Both the position numbers and the translations under genes were made by a program. Below the pieces are notes generated by a model. That model ran no database searches and had not been told where the DNA came from. It was given only the letters and a program-made list of their open reading frames with translations. From contig CAZDDW010000005.1 in NCBI GenBank assembly GCA_964504365.1, positions 1,630 through 65,629 on the forward strand: DNA of 64,000 bases. Direction: 5' to 3'. Positions within the stretch are counted from its first letter, which is position 1, and every line of letters starts with the position of its first letter. Source of the DNA: an uncultured Gammaproteobacteria bacterium. GTDB lineage: Bacteria; Patescibacteriota; Patescibacteriia; UBA9934; CAZDDW01. This document shows positions 28,333-36,659 of this stretch, piece by piece.

Positions 28333-28361
28333 TTGACAATCGGCCTCTTTTGTGTTATTTT
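28333..28361 (+). promoter_or_regulatory. promoter TTGACA-17-TATTTT for ORF 28422
   Basis: ggccttgacaatcggcctcttttgtgttatttt. Confidence 0.5.
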
Positions 28362-28421
28362 TAAGCGTCTCTTGCACCTGCAAGGGTTGTTCGTTTAACG
28401 GCTTTTTGCCAAAGCAACAAG

Positions 28422-29999
28422 TTGATTGGAGAAAGAATGTCCCGTTACATGCACATCACCATCGGTATCCTGATCACAATGAGCCTGGCCGCAACAGCCG
28501 TGGCCAAGCCGCGCATCATGCGCGCGGAAAATTTCCATCGTACCTGCGACCTCGAGTCCTTCCAGAACTACAACGACCTGCAGCTGGAAACCGAGCATTT
28601 CACTCTGGGCGCGCCGATCTGTATGGGCGAAGGCTCTGTGGCCTACGACCCGGATTATCTGAGTAGCGCCGATCGTCTGGACAGAAGGCTGCTTCACGAG
28701 GAGATTCGAGTGGTCAGCCAGGCTTACCTGGATGTACTCGAGCGCATGGTCCATGCCAACTGGGGTCGTGACGATTACGCCGACGCCTACCTGGGCTCGT
28801 CCATCCGTCAGCTACGTCTAGGCATGTGCTTTCCACACCGCACCTATGAGGTAGACGATGGCAGCGTACGCATGTGGGCTCACTTCGTGTCCGATCCGAG
28901 TGGCGCAATCAAGGGGCCGAGCTACCTCAACCTGCTTCTCGAGCGAGCGGTCGAACTGCGTGACCGTGATGCAGTCGAGGCCTTGCTCTATCTGTTCACG
29001 GTCATTCGCAAGAATGATCCCATTAGCGCAGCCAGCAACTGCGAGTACTTGCAGAACAGCCTGTTCGAGAACGAGCTGGCCGGCTACCTCTACGCCGGAG
29101 ACTTGGAGGCGGCTGATGCTTTCGTCCAGGAATTCGGTTTCCTAGCCGACTCAAGTGCCTTCTCGGTCTACGAGTTCTATAGTGATCGTGTCTGGGGTGA
29201 CCAGGTCAAGATGGTCGCCAGTGACATCTACGAGGATCACCTGCAGGCTGGTGACTATGATCTGGCCGATGCTTTGGTCAAGCACTACGGACTGGCTCCA
29301 CCACAGTGCGCCACCAGCATCCAGGAAACCATGCGCCAGCACTTCAGGCAGGCCTTCCTGGACTACGATTTGGATACTCCGGATGAGGTTCTGGAGATGA
29401 TGGCTCGTTACGACTACGACGTCAAGATGGTCGAGTGGGCTCGTGAGTGGGGCTACGCCTACGCTGGCTACGCCCTGATGGAGCCATGTTCGGAGCTCGA
29501 ACCACGTTCGGATGAGCTGGACTGCCGATGGCAGATCGAGCTGCGTCTGGATGACATGCCCATGGCCAGTAGGATCCATGTGGTCGAGGCTTCGCTCAGC
29601 TGGTACAGCGGAATTACTGTCGACGATCTGGTGTACAAGCATCAGCTGATGAAGGCCCTCAAGGTCGACATGGACCTGGTCATGCCCAAGCTGGCCGAGG
29701 AGCTCAAGGAGAATGCTCAGCTGGCTTTCGGTGATCTCCTCGATGGGATGGATCATTGGCAGTACACCACGGCCATCTACTACGCCATGGAAGAGATGGG
29801 TTACGAGCCTTTGCTCGATTACCCGAATCCGGTGTTCAGCTGCGACATTCTGCCCTACGGGAACTCGTCGCGCGAGTCCGGGATCTGGTTCCTCCAGTGC
29901 GCTGGCGGCATCGACTACGTCGAGCTCATTGCCACTGGCGAGCAGCACGGCGAGGACTACCGTCAGGCCGTAGAATCCGGTCAGACCTTCATGGACTGA
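28422..29999 (+). CDS. hypothetical secreted protein (signal peptide), GC-rich islet
   Basis: 525 aa; N-terminal signal ITIGILITMSLAATAVA; acidic, Tyr/Asp-rich; long antisense ORF 29151-30002 judged a GC shadow. Confidence 0.55.
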   Translation: MIGERMSRYMHITIGILITMSLAATAVAKPRIMRAENFHRTCDLESFQNYNDLQLETEHFTLGAPICMGEGSVAYDPDYLSSADRLDRRLLHEEIRVVSQAYLDVLERMVHANWGRDDYADAYLGSSIRQLRLGMCFPHRTYEVDDGSVRMWAHFVSDPSGAIKGPSYLNLLLERAVELRDRDAVEALLYLFTVIRKNDPISAASNCEYLQNSLFENELAGYLYAGDLEAADAFVQEFGFLADSSAFSVYEFYSDRVWGDQVKMVASDIYEDHLQAGDYDLADALVKHYGLAPPQCATSIQETMRQHFRQAFLDYDLDTPDEVLEMMARYDYDVKMVEWAREWGYAYAGYALMEPCSELEPRSDELDCRWQIELRLDDMPMASRIHVVEASLSWYSGITVDDLVYKHQLMKALKVDMDLVMPKLAEELKENAQLAFGDLLDGMDHWQYTTAIYYAMEEMGYEPLLDYPNPVFSCDILPYGNSSRESGIWFLQCAGGIDYVELIATGEQHGEDYRQAVESGQTFMD

Positions 30000-30095
30000 C
30001 AACTACACGCGAGCGACTTGCGTTCGAGCATCTGAAAAGGTGCTCTTTTTCTTTTTAAGCTCAGGTTTGGCTTATTCGTCTGGCTCTGATAAAAT

Positions 30096-31715
30096 ATGGC
30101 CGATATGTCAGAAACACTTTATCGCAAATATCGACCAACCAGGTTTAAGGACGTGGTTGGACAGGAGCATGTAGTGACAACCCTGGGCAATCAGCTCAAG
30201 AATGGGTCAGTTGCTCATGCTTATTTGTTTACTGGACCGCGGGGAGTGGGGAAGACCACACTCGCTCGTTTGTTGGCTAAGGCTGTTAACTGTGAGAAGC
30301 GTGGAGAAGACCATGAGCCGTGTAATAAGTGTGATGCTTGTAATGAGGTTAATCTTGGTAACTCGCTTGATGTCTATGAAATCGACGCCGCCTCGCACAC
30401 CGGAGTTGATAATGTGCGTGAGAATATTATCGAATCAGTCCGATTTGCTCCGAACCAACGTAAGTTCAAGGTGTATGTGATCGACGAGGTGCACATGCTT
30501 TCAACATCTGCTTTTAATGCGTTGTTGAAAACATTGGAAGAGCCACCAGCACACGCTTTGTTTATTTTGGCTACGACCGAGATTCATAAGGTTCCTGAGA
30601 CTATCATTTCTCGCTGTCAGCGATTTGATTTCAAAAGAATTCGAACACCAGAATTGATTAAGCGTCTTAAAGGGCTGATTAAGAAAGAAGAGGTTGAAGT
30701 TGATGAAGCAGTCTTGTCAGAGGTGGCGCGACATTCTGAAGGATGCTTGCGCGATGCTGAGAGTATGATGGGGCAGATTCTGGCAATCGGAGAAAAGAGG
30801 ATTGGGATTGATGAGGCCTCATTAGTTTTGCCAACAACAAATATAAATTTTGTGATTGATTTTGTTGATGCGGTTGGCCGGTCTGATGCATCTGAGGCTG
30901 TGCGAATGATCAATAAATTTGTGGATGAAGGGGTGGATCTGGGGCATTTCGCAGAAGATACTGTATCGGTGCTGCGTTCAATGTTATTTGCAAGTCTTGG
31001 TGGGCTGGATCAGTTCCATCAGGAATATGATGCTGATATTACCAAACGGCTTGAGCAAAGCTTAAAGAATTTTACTAGTCAGAAGTTGTCTGAGGCGATC
31101 AACCTCCTCCTTGACGCCAGACGAGGGCTGCGGCTAGAAAAAATTCCTCAGCTCCCACTCGAGCTCGCGGTTGTAGAGTTGACCAAGCAACCAGTCAACC
31201 AGAAAACCAGTCAACCAGAAAACCAAATAACCGCAGAACCTGCGGAAGAGAAGGGGCCCCCACTCCCAAAAGTGCAGGCTAAGGAGGAAGTTCTTGAGGT
31301 TGAGGAGGTTTCGAGTGTTTCGAAGGTTGCGAGTGTTGCTGAGGTTCCAGAGACCCTCGAAACTCCCGACACTCCCGAAACCCTCAGTACCCCCGCAACC
31401 CACGTAACCCTCGACACTATCAAAACTCGCTGGAACGAAGTGTTTGAACTGATCGCGCAGAGCAACGGCTCGTTACCACTGATTCTGCAGTCAACAGAGA
31501 TCCTGTCTTTTGAAGGCGGAACACTTGAACTAGGTTTCCAGTTTGCTTTTCATGCAGACATGATCAATGATCAAAAAAATAACGTTAAGATCACAGAGGT
31601 AATAAGTGAAGTGTTTGGATCAAAGATATTGATCAAGGCCGTGCATCGTGCAAGTGCCAAAGACGAGGTGGTTGCAGATTTAGTGGCTGAGTTTGGGGGA
31701 AAGGTTGTTGGATAA
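30096..31715 (+). CDS. dnaX: DNA polymerase III subunit gamma/tau
   Basis: RFKDVVGQEHVV, Walker A GPRGVGKTT, Zn module CNKCDACNE, sensor SRCQRFDF; repetitive Pro/Glu/Thr linker near C-term. Confidence 0.93.
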   Translation: MADMSETLYRKYRPTRFKDVVGQEHVVTTLGNQLKNGSVAHAYLFTGPRGVGKTTLARLLAKAVNCEKRGEDHEPCNKCDACNEVNLGNSLDVYEIDAASHTGVDNVRENIIESVRFAPNQRKFKVYVIDEVHMLSTSAFNALLKTLEEPPAHALFILATTEIHKVPETIISRCQRFDFKRIRTPELIKRLKGLIKKEEVEVDEAVLSEVARHSEGCLRDAESMMGQILAIGEKRIGIDEASLVLPTTNINFVIDFVDAVGRSDASEAVRMINKFVDEGVDLGHFAEDTVSVLRSMLFASLGGLDQFHQEYDADITKRLEQSLKNFTSQKLSEAINLLLDARRGLRLEKIPQLPLELAVVELTKQPVNQKTSQPENQITAEPAEEKGPPLPKVQAKEEVLEVEEVSSVSKVASVAEVPETLETPDTPETLSTPATHVTLDTIKTRWNEVFELIAQSNGSLPLILQSTEILSFEGGTLELGFQFAFHADMINDQKNNVKITEVISEVFGSKILIKAVHRASAKDEVVADLVAEFGGKVVG

Positions 31716-31744
31716 CAGGATCAACAGGCGTAAGCCTGTCTTTT

Positions 31745-31930
31745 GTTTGCCCGGCCACAGGGAGCCTCCCCGTACCAGACGCCCCGCGTCGGTACGGGGC
31801 AGGCAGGGTTTGTTGTTTCCCCCTCCTTTCGAAGGAGGGGGCTAGGGGGTGGTTCTGGTTATAAAATAGTCTCAGTACGATTGTACCCAGAACCCCCTCC
31901 TAACCTCCCCCTTAGAAAAGGGGGAGGGAA
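31745..31930. repeat. G5/C5 multi-hairpin repeat element, copy B (plus preceding GC hairpin)
   Basis: ccccctcctttcgaaggaggggg / gggggtggttctgg...cccagaaccccctcc / tcccccttagaaaagggggaggg. Confidence 0.7.
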
Positions 31931-31979
31931 CAAAAGGTTTTCCTAATAAAAAATCCCCGATTATGATCGGGGGGGGGTG

Positions 31980-32267
31980 CTATACGCGCTCGACCCAGTT
32001 GTACTTGTGCCACAGGTCTCCTGCAAATGGGATCAGTCCAAGCTTCTGAAAGCTGTAGAAACCTGGAAATTCAGCAAATCGTATCTGCTGATCTTGTTCA
32101 CTGATTTCAGCAATCGTAACTGTGTTTACACGGATTTCTTTCAGCCTGAAGATGTAAACATGGATCCTAACCCGCTGCCCAACAGTGAGTCCTTCCGGGC
32201 TCATTATTTGTTTTGGTCCTCGTGGCAGTCGTTTTCGAGACTGAAGTGCGTCTCTACGAAAGTGCAT
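31980..32267 (-). CDS. hypothetical small protein downstream of trmH-like gene (strand choice uncertain)
   Basis: 95 aa; abuts methyltransferase stop; minus-strand terminator ccccgatcataatcgggg + T6 at 31945-31975; competing + ORF 31977-32279. Confidence 0.35.
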   Translation of the reverse strand: MHFRRDALQSRKRLPRGPKQIMSPEGLTVGQRVRIHVYIFRLKEIRVNTVTIAEISEQDQQIRFAEFPGFYSFQKLGLIPFAGDLWHKYNWVERV

Positions 32268-32275
32268 TTGCCTCC

Positions 32276-33067
32276 TTAATCGTTGTGTATCTTATGTAAC
32301 ACTATTCCTGCGCTAATTGCAACATTTAGAGATTCCATGTTATTTGACATCTTGATCCTAATAAATTCATCACTTAAAGCTCGAACATCTTCACTTATTC
32401 CATGAGCTTCGTTTCCAAAAACAATACAAAAGGTTTCTTTTTCAGCAAGCTGATTTAGTTTGGGTGATCCATCAAGCGCGGTTGAAATAATTGGTATTTG
32501 TTTTTTGATTTGTTTTAGGATTGTTCGATCATGGTCATCTTGCTGAATATCAAGACTGAAAATTGCACCGCGTGCAGCTTGAACTACTTTTGGATTGTAA
32601 ATATCAACGCATTCTGCGTCGACTATGACCGTAGTTATGTTAAAAGCAAGCGCGGTACGAAGGATTGTGCCTAAGTTGCCAGGGTCAGAGATTGCGTTGA
32701 GATAGACGATGGGGTTGTCTGGTTTTCTGGTTTTCTGGTTTTCTGGTTGTTTGACTGAGTAAACTGCTGCAATTCCTGCTGGCGTATCAAGTTCAGAAAA
32801 GGCTTTGTTTACTTTTTCGTCGATCAAGTAAAATTCATCTAGCCCGCAGTCCTTTTCAATCTCAGTCCAGCGATCCACATCCTGGTCAATAAATTCTTGA
32901 GTTACAAAAAGGGAAGTTGGCTTAGAGCCGCTTTTTAGGGAATCAAGAAGAATAATCACGTTTTCAACCAGAAACTCACCAAACTCTTGGCGGTACTTTT
33001 TCATTGATAACTTTTTCAGTTTCTTGATTTTCTCGTTATCTTTGCTGGTGATTTCATTTACTTTCAT
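32276..33067 (-). CDS. SpoU/TrmH-family RNA 2'-O-methyltransferase (RlmB-like)
   Basis: NAISDPGNLGTILRTALAF and FGNEAHGISE...NVAISAGIVLH motifs; contains (GGTTTTCT)x3 in-frame repeat. Confidence 0.75.
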   Translation of the reverse strand: MKVNEITSKDNEKIKKLKKLSMKKYRQEFGEFLVENVIILLDSLKSGSKPTSLFVTQEFIDQDVDRWTEIEKDCGLDEFYLIDEKVNKAFSELDTPAGIAAVYSVKQPENQKTRKPDNPIVYLNAISDPGNLGTILRTALAFNITTVIVDAECVDIYNPKVVQAARGAIFSLDIQQDDHDRTILKQIKKQIPIISTALDGSPKLNQLAEKETFCIVFGNEAHGISEDVRALSDEFIRIKMSNNMESLNVAISAGIVLHKIHND

Positions 33068-33335
33068 ATTTTGACAGAAATTGTTTAGTTGCTTTTAAAG
33101 CCTTGGAATATACACTAATTTTTTGAATCGAGCAAGTGCCCCGGACCACTAGTTGCAGGCCACCGCTACGCTCCTTGACTCGAACCGATTGCTTAGCATT
33201 GCGCACTTGCTGGATTATACCGAGCGAAATCTTAGTTACTTCATCACGCCGCATAAGCTCTCGCACAATCGGCAAAGCAGGCTCAATCACACTTGAGTGC
33301 TTGCTTATCTTTTTGCCTGCAATATGTTTGGCCAT
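33054..33335 (-). CDS. hypothetical basic small protein, operon with trmH-like gene
   Basis: ~93 aa from MAKHIAGKK; overlaps downstream gene by 14 nt. Confidence 0.35.
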   Translation of the reverse strand: MAKHIAGKKISKHSSVIEPALPIVRELMRRDEVTKISLGIIQQVRNAKQSVRVKERSGGLQLVVRGTCSIQKISVYSKALKATKQFLSKYESK

Positions 33336-33421
33336 ATGTAAAGATGATATCATAACAAGCTTAAATTATAACATTTCGTAACCGGTCGGTTATGAAATGT
33401 TATGTGAGCTTGAGTCAAGTA

Positions 33422-33450
33422 TTGATATTTTTTGTTAAATAAGTTATACT
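33422..33450 (+). promoter_or_regulatory. promoter TTGATA-17-TATACT for tRNA-Gln
   Basis: attgatattttttgttaaataagttatact. Confidence 0.55.
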
Positions 33451-33472
33451 CTCGGCGATAAATAAAATTTAT

Positions 33473-33546
33473 TCCGGGATCGTCTAATGGCAGGACACGT
33501 GGTTCTGGTCCACGGTATCGGGGTTCGAATCCCTGTCCCGGAGCCA
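33473..33546 (+). tRNA. tRNA-Gln (anticodon CUG), CCA encoded
   Basis: acceptor TCCGGGA/TCCCGGA, anticodon stem CGTGG/CCACG with loop TTCTGGT, T-arm GGGGTTCGAATCCC, GCCA 3' end. Confidence 0.85.
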
Positions 33547-33703
33547 AGGAAAACTGCTCAGCTTTTGCTGAACGGTTTTTCTTTTCTGTCTGGACCATGG
33601 GTTGAGAACCTCGCTGGTTCGCCCGGCGAGGATAGCGAGAAGAAAGTTTAAGCTCATTTAAACTTTCTCGAGCGACACAGCCGGTCCTTGGCCGTAGGCC
33701 AAA

Positions 33704-33718
33704 AATCCCTGTCCCGGA
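33704..33718 (+). repeat. 15-nt direct repeat of tRNA-Gln 3' end, followed by terminator 33725-33758
   Basis: aatccctgtcccgga identical to 33528-33542. Confidence 0.75.
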
Positions 33719-33787
33719 ATCAAAAGGGCCGCACTTTAAAAAGTGTGGCTTTTTTGTTATGATAAGCAGAGAAAATAATATATTTTT

Positions 33788-35281
33788 ATGGTCAGAAAAA
33801 GAAAGTTGGCGATACTGGTCGCCATAATCGCTGCTCTTGTAGTTGGGATAGCAGTAATAATATTTTTAATCACAGATGGGGGCGAGGAAACCGGAGGGGT
33901 TGATTGTGATATCAATCAGGATGGGCAAGTTGATGAGCGTGAAAGTCGATTGTGCTTTGAGGATGATATTTTAGGTATTGATCAAAGCGATGGTCGTGTA
34001 GAGGAAGAAGGAACGATTGATTTGCGTTTGCCGTCAGCAGGAGCCGATGGTGGAACTTTGGCCGTTCGGCTGTATATTCCAGATGAGCCGCGGTATGAGG
34101 AAGGGGCACCGGTGATTATTTGGGTACCTGGAGGGTATGAAATGAAAGGGATTAATCATGATTTGCCAAAGACTGCTGATGATGTCATTGTGGCCACGTT
34201 TATCTTTCCTGGTGTGACTGATGAATGGTCAGGCTTTTATTCAGATGGTGAATACGATTGGCGCGGAGAGGATTGTATTCGTGCTATGGCTGATGTGATC
34301 CTATTTGCTGCTGGCCAGCTTGAAGATTCAGAAGGGAATACTATCGATGATTTGTCACCGGTACCAGTGATCCATGACAACATTGGAGCGATTGGTGCAT
34401 CAAACGGCGGTAACTTGCCTGTGGCTGCAGCTGCTTTACATGGACATGAATTCGCAGACTATTTTCGCTATATTATTCAATGGGAAACGCCAGTTTCCTC
34501 TCAGGTGGCCAACCGGGACTTCGGTCGGGTTTGGGTAAAAGAAGGCGGTCCAAAGAACGATTATTTTAATTTGCGCTACGCTGGGTATGGTGACTATGAA
34601 TTCGCCAGCGACTATTCAGATTTAACTTACGATCCAAATCAGGAGTATCATCCAATTTTTCACGATGGTGACGGCGACGGAGTTTACACAACTACACCAG
34701 ACTATTTTGGAACATCGATCAGCGGTCCTGATGTGGATTCTGATGGCATGTTGTCACTTGATGAAGATTTTCCTTTGGATGGATATCAGGGCGGGGAAGA
34801 TGGAGATGTTTGGTTTTTCTCACGTCCGGTAACCCATGCCATGGCTGATAATAATATTTTTGCTGATTATGGATGGCCAGATGATGTTGCTACTCCAAGC
34901 CAAGCCGATGCCTATTGGGATGTTCGTGAATCGGTTTATCTTTACGAAGATGCGTTAGATAATATTCCAGATCTTGAGGCCATGGTTCTGGCCGGGGTTG
35001 TTGATCACGTGCAGACCAACTCAGAAAAGCCGCACATTCGCCAAGCACTTGAGGGGTGGCTTGATAATGGTGTGTCTTGGGTGCAACTGAACCCAAGTCC
35101 GGAATACATGGTTGAGGCATATCCTGGATATCGGCGTCGTGATGATTTGCCAGATAATGTTCCAAACAAGGCTCCAAAAGATTGGGTCGATATCGAAGCT
35201 TACTCTATACCAGAAGATATAGAAGAGCCTGCTTATCAACTCGGTGCTGTTTATCAAATGATGGATCGCGCACAAAATTAA
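33788..35281 (+). CDS. membrane-anchored secreted protein, possible alpha/beta-hydrolase-like (paralog 1)
   Basis: 497 aa; N-terminal TM; GAIGASNGGN (GxSxG-like elbow); acidic. Confidence 0.45.
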   Translation: MVRKRKLAILVAIIAALVVGIAVIIFLITDGGEETGGVDCDINQDGQVDERESRLCFEDDILGIDQSDGRVEEEGTIDLRLPSAGADGGTLAVRLYIPDEPRYEEGAPVIIWVPGGYEMKGINHDLPKTADDVIVATFIFPGVTDEWSGFYSDGEYDWRGEDCIRAMADVILFAAGQLEDSEGNTIDDLSPVPVIHDNIGAIGASNGGNLPVAAAALHGHEFADYFRYIIQWETPVSSQVANRDFGRVWVKEGGPKNDYFNLRYAGYGDYEFASDYSDLTYDPNQEYHPIFHDGDGDGVYTTTPDYFGTSISGPDVDSDGMLSLDEDFPLDGYQGGEDGDVWFFSRPVTHAMADNNIFADYGWPDDVATPSQADAYWDVRESVYLYEDALDNIPDLEAMVLAGVVDHVQTNSEKPHIRQALEGWLDNGVSWVQLNPSPEYMVEAYPGYRRRDDLPDNVPNKAPKDWVDIEAYSIPEDIEEPAYQLGAVYQMMDRAQN

Positions 35282-35282
35282 T

Positions 35283-36653
35283 ATGAAACCAAGAAATCAA
35301 AAATTACTTTTATTCTTTGTTCTTCCAGCTGTTATTCTGATTGCGGCTGTGTTGATTGTCTGGCTTCTGCTTCCAGATGCTGTTGAAACACCACCTGAAC
35401 AAACTTATGGCCCAGGTGAAGAATTTGTTACGCATGTTAATTCAAAAGGTATTGGCGAGGTTGCTATTTTGGTCAGTATTCCCGAAGTACCACGCTATCC
35501 AGAAGGCGCACCAATTATTTTTGATGTCTCAACCTGGTTTGCTGGGTTAGTTGGTTTTCATGACAAATTTGATGCCACAGCCATTGGTGCAATCAATATC
35601 AATCATCTTTGGCCTGGTAATTGTGATCACATTCATGATATTTGCTCTGATGGTGAAAACGATTATGGTGGACCTGATTCTATGACTTCGTTGCGTGATG
35701 CAATCCGTTTTGCTGTTGGTCAGATTCCAAACGTTGATGGCTACTATATTGATGATCTACTTGAAGTAACTCCGTTGCTGGATAATGTTGGACTCTACGC
35801 TTCTTCACACTCTGGTGTTGTGGCCACCAATGTAATAGCGTACTATGGCGACGAATTTCCAGAGGTTAGGTATTTTATCGGGCGAGAGAACCCGACCTTG
35901 CCAGAAATGTATCCGCTAGAAATTGGGCACTGGGGTGAAAGACGTCAGCCGATTTATAATCCATTTTATAATGCAGATGGCTATGCTCGTGATTCGATCG
36001 ATGTTGATTATTCAACGGTTGGTTGGATTAAGAATTCAGAATATCCAGAGGGTAGGCCATATCACAAGGTTGAAGGTGGTCAGGATTATGTTCTTGATGA
36101 TAAAGGTCCGAACATGTGGGGTAAGCGCTACTTTTCAATTAATCTGACACAGGCAATTTGGGATAACGAAGGTTTTACAAAAGCAACCTGGCCAGAAGAT
36201 GTGGCAACACCTGATGAAGTGAAGGATGTTTGGCCATATCGAACAGCAGCAACTAATTATCCATTGCTTGTCGATACTTTGCCGGACGACTTCAAAGTCA
36301 TGCTTGTTTTTTCTTTTGATGATCATGTACAAACCGCTCTAGATAGACCACATATTCGGCAGGCCTATGATGGGTTTTCTAAGACCGCTGGTGTAGATTG
36401 GGTTCGTTTGAATCCTGATTTAGAATATGCACAGCAGCTTGATCCTGGTTTCAGATCAGCACAATTTTCTGATAATGCAGCTAATACTGAACCAGATGAC
36501 TGGGGTGATTCAAAGGGTTGGGGTCATCCGTATTCAGGAGACACAATAGAGCCAATGTCACAAGCTAGTATGGCAGAGATGTGTGACCGCGTGCAATTTG
36601 ATAATTGGTCGGATAATTTAGATAGTGTTTTATACGAATACCAAGTACAATAG
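35283..36653 (+). CDS. membrane-anchored secreted protein, paralog 2 of 33788-35281
   Basis: shared blocks PRYxEGAPxI, DHVQT...PHIRQA...W.LNP..EY. Confidence 0.45.
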   Translation: MKPRNQKLLLFFVLPAVILIAAVLIVWLLLPDAVETPPEQTYGPGEEFVTHVNSKGIGEVAILVSIPEVPRYPEGAPIIFDVSTWFAGLVGFHDKFDATAIGAININHLWPGNCDHIHDICSDGENDYGGPDSMTSLRDAIRFAVGQIPNVDGYYIDDLLEVTPLLDNVGLYASSHSGVVATNVIAYYGDEFPEVRYFIGRENPTLPEMYPLEIGHWGERRQPIYNPFYNADGYARDSIDVDYSTVGWIKNSEYPEGRPYHKVEGGQDYVLDDKGPNMWGKRYFSINLTQAIWDNEGFTKATWPEDVATPDEVKDVWPYRTAATNYPLLVDTLPDDFKVMLVFSFDDHVQTALDRPHIRQAYDGFSKTAGVDWVRLNPDLEYAQQLDPGFRSAQFSDNAANTEPDDWGDSKGWGHPYSGDTIEPMSQASMAEMCDRVQFDNWSDNLDSVLYEYQVQ

Positions 36654-36659
36654 AAAAGT

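Noticed and set aside
29151-30002. 283-aa minus-strand ORF antisense to the 525-aa secreted-protein gene
   Set aside because: Shadow ORF in GC-rich DNA. The plus-strand ORF has a promoter, SD and signal peptide and spans the whole islet.
31977-32279. Plus-strand 100-aa ORF opposite the 95-aa minus ORF
   Set aside because: The minus ORF continues the trmH operon with an abutting stop/start and a minus-strand terminator. The call remains low confidence either way.
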